Of a DNA stretch of 64,000 nucleotides, positions 1 to 9,505 are shown one piece after another. How positions within the stretch are numbered: the first letter of the stretch is position 1; the number at the start of each line of letters is the position of its first letter. This stretch comes from an uncultured virus (IMG/VR IMGVR_UViG_3300031867_000039) (Duplodnaviria > Heunggongvirae > Uroviricota > Caudoviricetes > Schitoviridae), in the IMG/VR virus record IMGVR_UViG_3300031867_000039, one strand, 5' to 3'. Below the pieces are notes generated by a model that did no database searches, was not told the DNA's origin, and was given only the letters and a program-made list of their open reading frames with translations. The position numbers and the translations under genes are program-made.

Positions 1-248
1 CTCCTAAGTAAAAGTAAAACCACCGTCTATAAATAGAGAGAACATGGAGCGAAGCGACATACTGAAAACAGATGCACACCCCTATAGGGGGGGGGATATG
101 CTGAAGCATGGAAGTAGACGGGATAAATAATACCTCTCTCTCAAATTATAATTTTTCCCTACGAGTTTTTGAATTTTAGACTCATATCTAAATATACCTA
201 TACAATACCTATATACGTTGTTACACTCATAATCACTAGGAGATTTTT

Positions 249-947
249 ATGGAACAACTATCATTACCTCAACTTAAATCCATAATACCTTCTTCCCTAA
301 GATCAGGTATTACACAAGAAATGCTGGATAGCATAAATAAAATCCTTACAGATGAGGGTATGGCTACAGCATTTAAAGAGAACCTAATATCATTTACCTC
401 CGTATTACAGGAAGGTAAATTCACTATTATGGAATATATCAATGCAGTTAAATATGTATCCTATAAAGCTATGGGAGATACTGCTAGAGTAGCTTATGCT
501 AAGACATTCCCTGAAAGATATGCTAGGTGGAAACAACAGGCATTAGAAGATAAACGTATAGCTTCTTATGTAAGTATATACAACCAAACCAAACTAGTAA
601 CCATGATTACAGAGAGGTTATTAGTTCCTTCTTGGATCTTAAACCAAGATGTATTTCAAGCTGCTATAAATACTCAAGCTCAACTTATGGTAGATCCAAA
701 AGTATCACCTATGGTTCGTACTAAAGCTGCAGATAGTTTATTGAATATACTTAAACGTCCTGAAACTCAAAAACTAGAATTACAGGTAACTCAGAAAGAG
801 TCTGATTCTATGATAGATTTACATGCATCTTTACGTGAGTTGGTTAATGCACAGAAAGAGGCTATTAAGTCTGGTTCATTCTCAGCTAAAGAAATAGCAG
901 AAAAACCATTAATAGTAGAAGGTACATATGAAGAAAAAGACAGTTGA
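249..947 (+). CDS. Terminase small subunit (N4 gp69-like)
   Basis: Directly upstream of and overlapping terL; N4-like segments (YINAVKYVSYK, FQAAINTQAQLM..SPMVRTKAADSLL); GGAG RBS. Confidence 0.8.
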   Translation: MEQLSLPQLKSIIPSSLRSGITQEMLDSINKILTDEGMATAFKENLISFTSVLQEGKFTIMEYINAVKYVSYKAMGDTARVAYAKTFPERYARWKQQALEDKRIASYVSIYNQTKLVTMITERLLVPSWILNQDVFQAAINTQAQLMVDPKVSPMVRTKAADSLLNILKRPETQKLELQVTQKESDSMIDLHASLRELVNAQKEAIKSGSFSAKEIAEKPLIVEGTYEEKDS

Positions 948-2505
948 TGATTACTTAAATGAAGTATCCTACAAAGATAATGATACTTATGTACCTAGTG
1001 ATTTCTCATTGATGTTTGTTAATTTAATTAAACAGATTAATGGTGGTGAAGGTGAAGAAAATAAGACACCTGTAGTACATTATAAGATGTTAGATAACTT
1101 AGTTAAACCTGGTAATGTTGTTAATCTATGTCACCGTGGTATAGCTAAAACTACATTATTTGGTGAGTATTTTATACCTATACTGGCTATTATTGAGAAG
1201 TTACCTAACTTTGGTGAAGTTAAATATGCCCTATATGTAACAGATTCTATAGATAATGGTGTTAGATCTATGCGTAAGAACCTAGAGTTTAGATATGAAA
1301 ATTCACCATTTCTAAAGAAATTCTTAAATGCTAAATTCACTGAAACATCTTGGGAGTTTACTAATCTTAATGGACATACTTTAGTTGTTGATGCATTTGG
1401 TGCTAAAACAGGTATCCGTGGTACTAAGAAACTAGGTACCCGTCCTCAGTTATTAATCCTTGATGATTTGCTATCTGATGATGATGCACGTTCACCTGTA
1501 GTCCTTAAAAGTGTCGAAGACACATTAACAAGGGCAATAAAATACGCCATGCACCCACATAATAAGATAGTATGGAGTGGTACACCATTCAATAAAAAGG
1601 ACCCATTATATAGGGCTGTAGAATCAGGTATTTATAATGTAAACGTATATCCTGTATGTGAGAAATATCCATGTAGTAGGGCTGAATTTCGTGGTTCATG
1701 GGAAGATCGTTTTACATATGAATATGTAAAGAGACAATATGATGAAGCTAAAGCATTAGGTGCTGTTAGTTCATTTAATCAGGAATTGATGTTACGTATT
1801 ATGAGTGATGAAGAAAGACTTGTATTAGATAGTGATATTATGTGGTATTCACGTAAGTTATTATTACAGAATATATCTAATTATAATTTCTATATAACTA
1901 CTGACTTTGCAGTATCAGATAAACAATCAGCAGACTTTTCTGTTATATCAGTATGGGCTTATAACAATAATGGTGATTTCTTTTGGGTCGATGGTATTGT
2001 TAAAAGGCAGTTAATGAATAAGAACTATGATGATTTATTTAGATTAGTTAGTACTTATAAACCACTACTAACAGGTATTGAAGTAACAGGTCAGCAGGGT
2101 GGTTTTATTTCAACTATAGTTGATATGATGCAGCAACGTAATATCTTCTTTAATCTAGCAGGTAAACAGGGTTCATTTGGTATTAGACCTGTTAAAGATA
2201 AATTAACTAGATTTAATGTTGTATTACCTTGGTTCAAATTACATAAGATATATTTTCCTAGAGAGTTAGAGGAAGATTCAAGAGTAGTAGAGTTTATGGA
2301 TGAATTAACTATGGCTTCCCCTACAGGATTTAAATCTAAACATGATGATGCTATAGATACTATTAGTATGTTAGGTGATATGTATAATCAGTTATTTAAA
2401 CCATCTGCAGACATAGAGATGAAGTATAATACCAGTACAGATACCTTTGATATAATAGATGCAACTGTTGAAGAAGATTCACCAATCCAATCATATATTG
2501 TATAA
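928..2505 (+). CDS. terL: Terminase large subunit (N4 gp68-like)
   Basis: CHRGIAKTT Walker A-like, LLILDD Walker B, GTP coupling motif, C-terminal nuclease acidic motifs TDFA and KHDDAID. Confidence 0.95.
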   Translation: MKKKTVDDYLNEVSYKDNDTYVPSDFSLMFVNLIKQINGGEGEENKTPVVHYKMLDNLVKPGNVVNLCHRGIAKTTLFGEYFIPILAIIEKLPNFGEVKYALYVTDSIDNGVRSMRKNLEFRYENSPFLKKFLNAKFTETSWEFTNLNGHTLVVDAFGAKTGIRGTKKLGTRPQLLILDDLLSDDDARSPVVLKSVEDTLTRAIKYAMHPHNKIVWSGTPFNKKDPLYRAVESGIYNVNVYPVCEKYPCSRAEFRGSWEDRFTYEYVKRQYDEAKALGAVSSFNQELMLRIMSDEERLVLDSDIMWYSRKLLLQNISNYNFYITTDFAVSDKQSADFSVISVWAYNNNGDFFWVDGIVKRQLMNKNYDDLFRLVSTYKPLLTGIEVTGQQGGFISTIVDMMQQRNIFFNLAGKQGSFGIRPVKDKLTRFNVVLPWFKLHKIYFPRELEEDSRVVEFMDELTMASPTGFKSKHDDAIDTISMLGDMYNQLFKPSADIEMKYNTSTDTFDIIDATVEEDSPIQSYIV

Positions 2506-2513
2506 GAGGTTAT

Positions 2514-3194
2514 ATGTTATTAGTAAGAGATGTAATTGATACACTTAGAAATGGAGAATTAGCTACAGTTTTTACAGAGTTTCCCTTAGAGGAAAATTAC
2601 GGTAAATTCTTCATAAATCTTAATAATGCTTTAACTTATTTATGTAATAGATTCTCAATAATTGAGAAACAACTCACATTGAAAAGATATGCTCATATAG
2701 CTCACTATAAGTTAGAAAAAAGATTCGCCAGAACTTCTGGTTCTACGGAACCTTATAAGTATATTCTGGATACTGAAGAAGAACCCTTTAAAGAGGATAT
2801 AATTCAGATAGAGAGAGCTTATGATGAATTTGGAACTCCTATTCCTTTGAATGATGCTGTTAATCCTCATTCCTGGTTTACTTCCAATAATTTGATTCAG
2901 ATCCCTAATACTCGCTTTACAGGGGAAATAGCTTTCTTTGTTTATAGAGCTTATCATCCTAGAGTACACGAATTAAATGATCAGTTATTTGTTCCTGAAA
3001 TCTTGTTGGATGCCATATGCTCATATATAACTTATAAGGTACATACCACAAGAACAGATCAGGAGAGTGTAGCTTTAGCTAATAATTTCTATCAGAAGTT
3101 TGAAGCTCAATGCTTGGCTTTTGAGCAAGATAACTCTTTAAGCACATCACATACTAATACAAATATTAAACCTAGATTAGGAGGTTGGGTATGA
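2514..3194 (+). CDS. Virion structural/adaptor protein (N4 gp67-like)
   Basis: Follows terL; LRNGEL N-terminus and GWV C-terminus typical of this N4-like family. Confidence 0.75.
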   Translation: MLLVRDVIDTLRNGELATVFTEFPLEENYGKFFINLNNALTYLCNRFSIIEKQLTLKRYAHIAHYKLEKRFARTSGSTEPYKYILDTEEEPFKEDIIQIERAYDEFGTPIPLNDAVNPHSWFTSNNLIQIPNTRFTGEIAFFVYRAYHPRVHELNDQLFVPEILLDAICSYITYKVHTTRTDQESVALANNFYQKFEAQCLAFEQDNSLSTSHTNTNIKPRLGGWV

Positions 3195-3919
3195 CAGACC
3201 CTTTAGTTAAAAATCCAGTTCCACCTGTGACTCCACCACCGGGACCACATCATCATTTTGGACCTCACCCACATCCACCATTACCTTATGGTGGTTTACC
3301 ACCTAGACCATGGTGGGGTCATCCACCTACATCAGAGATGTTATACCATCATCTAGGTAATGAGGGTTTTAGAATTGTAGAGTATATCTATGAGCATTTA
3401 GGAGATATGGAATATCTCATTTATTTGCTTGAATCTTTACAAGCCAGTGAACAGGAACCAGTAGAAGTAGAAATAGATCTGCCTCATAGATACACCTTTA
3501 AAACTGCAGATTATATAGTCTTTAAGGGAGATGAGGTTTCTGCAGAATTATCCGATTATCAGAAGATTAAACTCTCTAAAGACAGCTTATTAGAGTATGA
3601 ATATGAAGCTATTTCTTATAACTATGTTCAAGTTAAAGTACACCCTAAAGTAACTGTAATAAATAATGTTATTTATTACATCTTCCCTTTGGTAGATAAG
3701 GTTGCAACCATGAGTCCCAGGGAAATTTATGTAAGTATAGCTATAAATAAAGATTTACCTGGAATGAGTGAAGCAAAGCGTTCTCTCAATACTATAGATT
3801 CTGGTTTGTATTTCGAGCATGCAGAGCCTATAGACTGGGATTGGGTAGAAGCTTCTAATTGCCCTGTTACTGGTGAACAGGAGTTTACATATGGATATAT
3901 AGGAGATATGGTGTACTAA
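3185..3919 (+). CDS. Putative tail appendage protein with Pro/His-rich N-terminus
   Basis: Overlapping ORF in the tail cluster; PPPGPHHHFGPHPHPP leader. Confidence 0.45.
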   Translation: MGMTDPLVKNPVPPVTPPPGPHHHFGPHPHPPLPYGGLPPRPWWGHPPTSEMLYHHLGNEGFRIVEYIYEHLGDMEYLIYLLESLQASEQEPVEVEIDLPHRYTFKTADYIVFKGDEVSAELSDYQKIKLSKDSLLEYEYEAISYNYVQVKVHPKVTVINNVIYYIFPLVDKVATMSPREIYVSIAINKDLPGMSEAKRSLNTIDSGLYFEHAEPIDWDWVEASNCPVTGEQEFTYGYIGDMVY

Positions 3920-4461
3920 TGCTTATTAAAATAATGACTTTTGATAAGGCACCTAAAAAACGTAGGGAGAATGCTGAGAAATTAGCATTTCTCCTTAAAG
4001 CTCAAATCTATGTAGGTGGTACTGATACTCTTGATAACTTTATAAGTATTTGTAAATCTGTAGGAGAAGATGATCTGTTATATCTGGAAGATGATATAGA
4101 GATTTGTTCAAATTTCCTTACTAGAATAAAGAAAGCTATAGAGGCTTTTCCTAATAAGATGATTTCTTTCTTTTCCTGTAATCTAAAAGATTGTAAAGTT
4201 AGAGAAGTACCTTATACTTGGCATAAATTTTCTCAATGTCTGTATATCCCTAATAAAGTTGTGAAACAACTTCTTAAAGTTGCTCCTCAATTCAGAGAAA
4301 AGAGGTATAAAGATAATGATTGGGAAATAGTATTTTGTGAATTAAAAGGGACTTACATCAGGTATTTTCCCCATTTGGTTCAGCAATACGAATGGGAATC
4401 TACTATATTTGATATTATAGATCCTCGTTCCCCATTTTATGTAGGAGAAAGTAATGAGTAA
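3919..4461 (+). CDS. Glycosyltransferase-like protein (GT-A fold, GT25-like)
   Basis: LLYLEDD motif, followed by the CLYIP and PHLVQ segments seen in GT25-like enzymes. Confidence 0.5.
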   Translation: MLIKIMTFDKAPKKRRENAEKLAFLLKAQIYVGGTDTLDNFISICKSVGEDDLLYLEDDIEICSNFLTRIKKAIEAFPNKMISFFSCNLKDCKVREVPYTWHKFSQCLYIPNKVVKQLLKVAPQFREKRYKDNDWEIVFCELKGTYIRYFPHLVQQYEWESTIFDIIDPRSPFYVGESNE

Positions 4462-5941
4462 TAGAACACCATTTAATTTAACCATAGTATTGCCTCCTAA
4501 TAGGCAGTACTATGTTTCTTATTTCTATCCTTGTGATTATGGCAACAGTCATTCTGCTAGTAGTTGTAAATATAAATCTAATGTAACTACTGTATTAGAA
4601 GAAAGCTGGCATTCAGCAGATATTTACAATGAGTTTTGGAAAGATAATCCAACTAGAGGTGAACCAATAACAGGTAATATTTATAAAGTACCTTTTACTT
4701 TTGAATATGATGTTATTCTTAGCACATTAGCTTGTACTTATTTTATATTCTCTTGGTATGAAGGAAATGAATTAAAGTACTTTGTATATGCTATGAATAA
4801 GAATAATGCTCTAGGAGGTAATGCTTCCTATGCTCATGGAGAATTATTAGCACCTAATCTACTAACTGATGAAGATGGTAGTTTATTGGTTTATATTGGT
4901 TTCTTAACTGATTATGCAACATATGTATATGCTCCTGGTAGAAAAATATATAATCATGTTCTTGGTGTAGATGAAGCTTTAATTCAAGCATCTCAAACAG
5001 ATAAATGCATATTTAAAGGATCTGATTATTCAGATACCTATTATAATAATTTTCCTTATGAAGTACTTGTAAATGGCTATCATATATTTCATTATCCTAG
5101 TGGCATAATTTATGGAAATTATAATCTAAGAGATGGTTATAATGAAGGTTATAAAGTACCTGAATTAGTGGGTGCTGCAATTAAAGAACAATTTGGTAAT
5201 CCTTATTGGAGTCCTTATACAGATGACAAGGGTACTTCTAAAGATTATGCAATAATCTATCGTTTCAAATTCACTAGAACAGGTGATTCAGATCCTGATA
5301 GAACAATATTTAGAGTAATTAAACTTTCTTCTACAGGAGCACCTGGAGAGGGTATATCTATTTTTGGTGATATATGGATAGACCCTGAAACTAAAGAATT
5401 AAAAATACAATCTCATGTATTTTCTCCTTTTTTAAGGGTATTAAAACAATTACCTGATGATGCTCTATATTCATGGCATGAATTAGTTTTAACTTTTGAT
5501 GATTCTACATATGTTAAAGGTATTTATTTTGATGGAGAATACTTTAATTTAATAGAAATAGCAGGTGAAAGTGCTTGTAGTTCTTTTTTCCCTCAACACG
5601 TTGCAAGTTATCCTATAGCTGGTCTTAAAACTATATCTCACCCAAGCACTATAGAAAACTTTGATAGAATCATGAGTAAAGATAAAACTATGCTAGTGGA
5701 TTATATAGGTATTCATAGAAATACTGAGTTAGAACCATATGTAATGAAAGATAATTATTTTGATTACTATGAACCTATATTACCTGAGCCAGAACCTGAG
5801 CCAGAACCTGAACCAGAACCAGAACCCAAGCCTGAATCTGAAAAACCAAAGAATAATAAATACGCTGAATTATGGAGAGTTCTCTCATATTTCTTGTATC
5901 CAGTGCGAATAAATCATTTTCCATTTAAACATAGGAGATAA
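4454..5941 (+). CDS. Putative tail/receptor-binding protein, possible LamG/ConA-like domain, PE-repeat tail
   Basis: Tyr-rich beta-type sequence; WHELVLTFD..IYFDG resembles LamG; (PE)n linker near the C-terminus. Confidence 0.45.
   Translation: MSNRTPFNLTIVLPPNRQYYVSYFYPCDYGNSHSASSCKYKSNVTTVLEESWHSADIYNEFWKDNPTRGEPITGNIYKVPFTFEYDVILSTLACTYFIFSWYEGNELKYFVYAMNKNNALGGNASYAHGELLAPNLLTDEDGSLLVYIGFLTDYATYVYAPGRKIYNHVLGVDEALIQASQTDKCIFKGSDYSDTYYNNFPYEVLVNGYHIFHYPSGIIYGNYNLRDGYNEGYKVPELVGAAIKEQFGNPYWSPYTDDKGTSKDYAIIYRFKFTRTGDSDPDRTIFRVIKLSSTGAPGEGISIFGDIWIDPETKELKIQSHVFSPFLRVLKQLPDDALYSWHELVLTFDDSTYVKGIYFDGEYFNLIEIAGESACSSFFPQHVASYPIAGLKTISHPSTIENFDRIMSKDKTMLVDYIGIHRNTELEPYVMKDNYFDYYEPILPEPEPEPEPEPEPEPKPESEKPKNNKYAELWRVLSYFLYPVRINHFPFKHRR
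5783..5836 (+). repeat. Tandem CCWGAR hexamer repeat encoding (Pro-Glu)n
   Basis: cctgagccagaacctgagccagaacctgaaccagaaccagaacccaagcctgaa seen directly. Confidence 0.95.
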
Positions 5942-5943
5942 AT

Positions 5944-7095
5944 ATGTACGGTAAATTAGTACATCGACCACCTTTTGGTCATTGTTGTCATGCTCCTAGA
6001 CCTCCTTTTGGAGATCCTAGAGAAGTAGGTGAACGTTACTTAGGCCATCCTGAGTTAACGGATTATTGGATTAAACCTTATTTATTGGAAGCACTTAAAC
6101 ATTATCCTAGATTGGATGATTCTTGTGTAGTAGAGGGTCTATGGACTTTTGCTAATAGTATTTTACTTAAAAACTATAAGGCTGCTAAAAGAATTCCACC
6201 TACATTTGATGATCCAGAAGTTACACATAAGATTGCTTTCTTGGATAGGGACGATGTTGAATTAGGTGCTATTAAGTTTTGGAGGAAAGTTGACTCTACT
6301 TTTGGTATTGATATTAAGCTGGGTAATGCTGGTATATCTATTATTGGGGATAATGATAATCCTTCAGTGTCATTAGTTAATACACCTGTTAATGATGGTC
6401 CTAAAGAAATTGTAAATGTAGAATACCTTAATCAGGCATTAGTTCCATTTAATGATGCATTAAACGCATTGGCTGATAGAGTAGAAGTTTTAGAAGATTT
6501 ATATGAAGATCAAATAAAACCTATTGTTACAGACCCAGATGGTAATACTAGAGTTGTACATACAACTATTCATGCTGATCCATCTGATGCTAATCTACCT
6601 ACATGTGGTGCTGTATATCAGTATGGTAAAGGTATCTCTGATGCATTAAATCAAAGAATTGATAATCTACCTCCAGTTGTAGATATTGTGCAAGATGGTA
6701 ATATGAATCCTGTAACAAGTAATGCTGTTGCAGATGCGTTAGCAGGTATTAACAATGCATTAAATGGTCTTAGTTCTAGAATTAGTTCTATTGAAAATGA
6801 TGTAGCTAATTTAAAGAATTCAGGTGGTGGTTCAGGCGGTGATTCTGGACCTACTATCCAAGCAGTATGGTACGATGGCTATCGAGACGGTCCTGGAACA
6901 TATTCATCTACAGTCGGTAATACCTATCCAGGTGTTGAACTTTATTCACCTGATGATGTTTCCCCTAATGGGACTCCTATTGGGGGAGCTGGAAATTATA
7001 TATGTGTAACTGCAAGTTCATACTCTGTTAATAGCATAGATAGTTCTGGTCCACATTTTGGTGGAATTACTGTAGGTACATTTAGGAAAATATAA
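5944..7095 (+). CDS. Tail fibre protein
   Basis: Two coiled-coil segments (NDALNALADRV, NNALNGLSSRI), NPVTSNAV fibre motif, GGGSGG linker and Gly/Ser-rich tip domain. Confidence 0.65.
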   Translation: MYGKLVHRPPFGHCCHAPRPPFGDPREVGERYLGHPELTDYWIKPYLLEALKHYPRLDDSCVVEGLWTFANSILLKNYKAAKRIPPTFDDPEVTHKIAFLDRDDVELGAIKFWRKVDSTFGIDIKLGNAGISIIGDNDNPSVSLVNTPVNDGPKEIVNVEYLNQALVPFNDALNALADRVEVLEDLYEDQIKPIVTDPDGNTRVVHTTIHADPSDANLPTCGAVYQYGKGISDALNQRIDNLPPVVDIVQDGNMNPVTSNAVADALAGINNALNGLSSRISSIENDVANLKNSGGGSGGDSGPTIQAVWYDGYRDGPGTYSSTVGNTYPGVELYSPDDVSPNGTPIGGAGNYICVTASSYSVNSIDSSGPHFGGITVGTFRKI

Positions 7096-7106
7096 TAGGG
7101 GATTAT

Positions 7107-7424
7107 ATGTTAGTAGTACCTTGTGCTAAATCTGCTATGATTGATAAACAGATTAATCATGCTTATGAAGCTATTGCTCTTGTAGCTAAATACCTTAAAG
7201 AGGTACTACATGTAGCACATCATATGGATCTAGTTTATGACTCAGCACAAATAGTTAAACTTGGTTTAAATAAAAATGATATAGCTAAGTTACAGGAATT
7301 TAGTGCTGTAGTTAATAAACTAGAAGAATTAAATACTGTTATTGAACAGTTACAAATTAATATTAGTAATGCTGATAATGCAGCATTAACTAATGATGAA
7401 ATAGATGAATTTATGAACTCATAA
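7107..7424 (+). CDS. Tail fibre anchor segment (N4-like fibre N-terminal domain)
   Basis: IDKQINHAYEAIALVAKYL resembles the virion-attachment N-terminus of N4-like fibres; coiled coil follows. Confidence 0.55.
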   Translation: MLVVPCAKSAMIDKQINHAYEAIALVAKYLKEVLHVAHHMDLVYDSAQIVKLGLNKNDIAKLQEFSAVVNKLEELNTVIEQLQINISNADNAALTNDEIDEFMNS

Positions 7425-7434
7425 GGAGATTATT

Positions 7435-8013
7435 ATGACTACTAAATATGTTGATGGTCCTGGTTTACGTTATTTTAGAGATACTTATTGTTTAACTGCA
7501 ACACAGATTAATACTCTTATTCAGGCTGCATTTTCACAGTATAAACAAGATATATTCACTGTAGTATCAGCTTTACCTCAATCAGGACAGCAAGAAGGTA
7601 TTATGTATTTAGTACCTACTAATGACCCAACTAAATTAGATGGCTATATCTGGGAAATTGTGGATGATACAACTACTCCCCCTACATACGGCTGGAAACA
7701 ACCAGTTATAGGACAGGCTCAAATAGACCTTAGTAATTATTATACCAAGACTGAAACTGATACACTTTTAGCAGGTAAAGCAAGTTCTACTCACGTACAT
7801 GGTAACATCACAAATGATGGTAAATTAGCTACTGCAAGTAGAGTTGTAATCACAGATTCGCAAGGAAGTATTAATACAAGTTCCGTATCTGATACTGAAT
7901 TGGGTTATTTAAGCGGTACAACCTCAAATGTTCAAACGCAGTTAAACAGTAAACATGACGATACTAATCATGTACCTTTAACTAATGCAGAAATTGATCA
8001 AATTATGGTGTAA
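7435..8013 (+). CDS. Tail fibre segment
   Basis: IDLSNYYTKTETD, HVHGNI and ELGYLSGTTSNVQTQL are common phage fibre repeats; AGGAG RBS. Confidence 0.65.
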   Translation: MTTKYVDGPGLRYFRDTYCLTATQINTLIQAAFSQYKQDIFTVVSALPQSGQQEGIMYLVPTNDPTKLDGYIWEIVDDTTTPPTYGWKQPVIGQAQIDLSNYYTKTETDTLLAGKASSTHVHGNITNDGKLATASRVVITDSQGSINTSSVSDTELGYLSGTTSNVQTQLNSKHDDTNHVPLTNAEIDQIMV

Positions 8014-8016
8014 GTT

Positions 8017-8247
8017 ATGGCGCAAACAAAATATACGGACGGTTCCGGTGTAGCTGAGATATGGGCTAATATTAAAAACTATGTAGCATCTCAGTTATTA
8101 AGTAAACAAGACACTTTAGTTAGTGGTTCAAACATCAAAACTGTTAATAATCAATCTTTGCTAGGGAGTGGAAATGTTAGTTTTACACCGCCTACGTTTA
8201 GTTATGATAGCAGTACAGAAACATTGGAGATTCAGATAAATGGCTAA
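8017..8247 (+). CDS. Small tail fibre segment
   Basis: KQDTLVSGSNIKTVNNQSLLGSGN fibre motif. Confidence 0.6.
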   Translation: MAQTKYTDGSGVAEIWANIKNYVASQLLSKQDTLVSGSNIKTVNNQSLLGSGNVSFTPPTFSYDSSTETLEIQING

Positions 8248-8875
8248 TATTTCACATTTTACACAAACGGTTAATGGCGTATCAACAACCTATGATATAC
8301 ATGATGCGGGTGCAGTTCAAAAATCTGAAGTTGGGGATATTATTACCCATAACGCAAGCGAGTTTGCGCAAGTTGGTCACACTCACAGTATGTCAGATAT
8401 TGCTGATGTGCCAAGTGTTTTACCCATTGGTTCTTATATTCAGTTTGCGGGTAGTCAAGCACCTGCTGGATTCTTAGTATGCAATGGCGGTGCAATTTCA
8501 AGGACCACTTACAGTGCATTATTTGCGGTTATAGGTACTAAGTATGGTGAAGGTGATGGTTCAACTACTTTTAATTTGCCTAATTTAACAGATAGATTTT
8601 TACAAGGTAACACGACAGTAGGGGCAGTGAGGAATGCAGGACTGCCGAATATTACAGGGAGTATATATATTGGTCACACGGACAGAGCACCGTCATCGTA
8701 CACTAATGGATGCATAACTGTTGCATCATCAACACAAGAAGGTTTCAGCAGGACAGCCGCCACAATTTCAGCAACCGGTCTTGGTATATATGCCTCCAAT
8801 TCAAATTCCATTTATGGTAGTTCCTCAACCGTTCAGCCACCCGCTTTAACTTGCTTAATCTGTATAAAATACTAA
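8240..8875 (+). CDS. Tail fibre tip protein with phage tail-collar domain
   Basis: PIGSYIQFAG..APAGFLVCNGGAISRTTYSALFAVIGT..GDGSTTFNLP collar motif; GLPNITG; C-terminal CIKY. Confidence 0.9.
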   Translation: MANISHFTQTVNGVSTTYDIHDAGAVQKSEVGDIITHNASEFAQVGHTHSMSDIADVPSVLPIGSYIQFAGSQAPAGFLVCNGGAISRTTYSALFAVIGTKYGEGDGSTTFNLPNLTDRFLQGNTTVGAVRNAGLPNITGSIYIGHTDRAPSSYTNGCITVASSTQEGFSRTAATISATGLGIYASNSNSIYGSSSTVQPPALTCLICIKY

Positions 8876-8884
8876 GGAGAGACT

Positions 8885-9505
8885 ATGAAATTCTATCTAT
8901 ATGACGAAAAGACAAAGCAATTCATTAAAGAACAAGAAGGGTATTTAGACCCTTTAGAAACCAAAGCTCAAGGTAAGAACGTTTACTTAGTACCTCCTTT
9001 TTCTACCACAGAAAAACCGGATCTTACAAGTTTGAAAGATAATGAAATTCTAGTTTTTAAGGGCGACAAGTGGCAGATAGAACAAGAATTTTATGTAGGC
9101 AAGATTGTAGATTGTCAGGGTGAACGTGTGAGCAAATACGTTACTGACAATGACCTCACCTTTGAAAAATGCGATGATGGTTTTAAGATTGTAGAAAAAC
9201 CTGCACCTAAAGAAAAAACTCTTGAAGAACTTGTAAGACAAAGAATTGATGAAATCAAAGTCGCTGTTCAGAATGTGCTAGATGCTAAAGCACAAGAGTT
9301 AGATTATGATGATGGCTTTACATTGGCAACTTATGCAACATCTACTAACGAAAGGTATAAGAATCAAGCAAATCAATTTATCGCATGGAGAGATAACGTG
9401 TGGGATAAATGTTATGAAATTTTAAATGCTTTTCAAAGTGGTGAAATTGAAATGCCTACTGTTGAATATGTATTAGAAAGATTACCTAATTTGGAATGGG
9501 AATAA
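8885..9505 (+). CDS. Tail fibre assembly/chaperone protein
   Basis: Follows the collar gene; YLDPLE..YLVPPFSTTEKP N-terminus and FIAWRDNVW C-terminus typical of fibre-assembly proteins. Confidence 0.7.
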   Translation: MKFYLYDEKTKQFIKEQEGYLDPLETKAQGKNVYLVPPFSTTEKPDLTSLKDNEILVFKGDKWQIEQEFYVGKIVDCQGERVSKYVTDNDLTFEKCDDGFKIVEKPAPKEKTLEELVRQRIDEIKVAVQNVLDAKAQELDYDDGFTLATYATSTNERYKNQANQFIAWRDNVWDKCYEILNAFQSGEIEMPTVEYVLERLPNLEWE

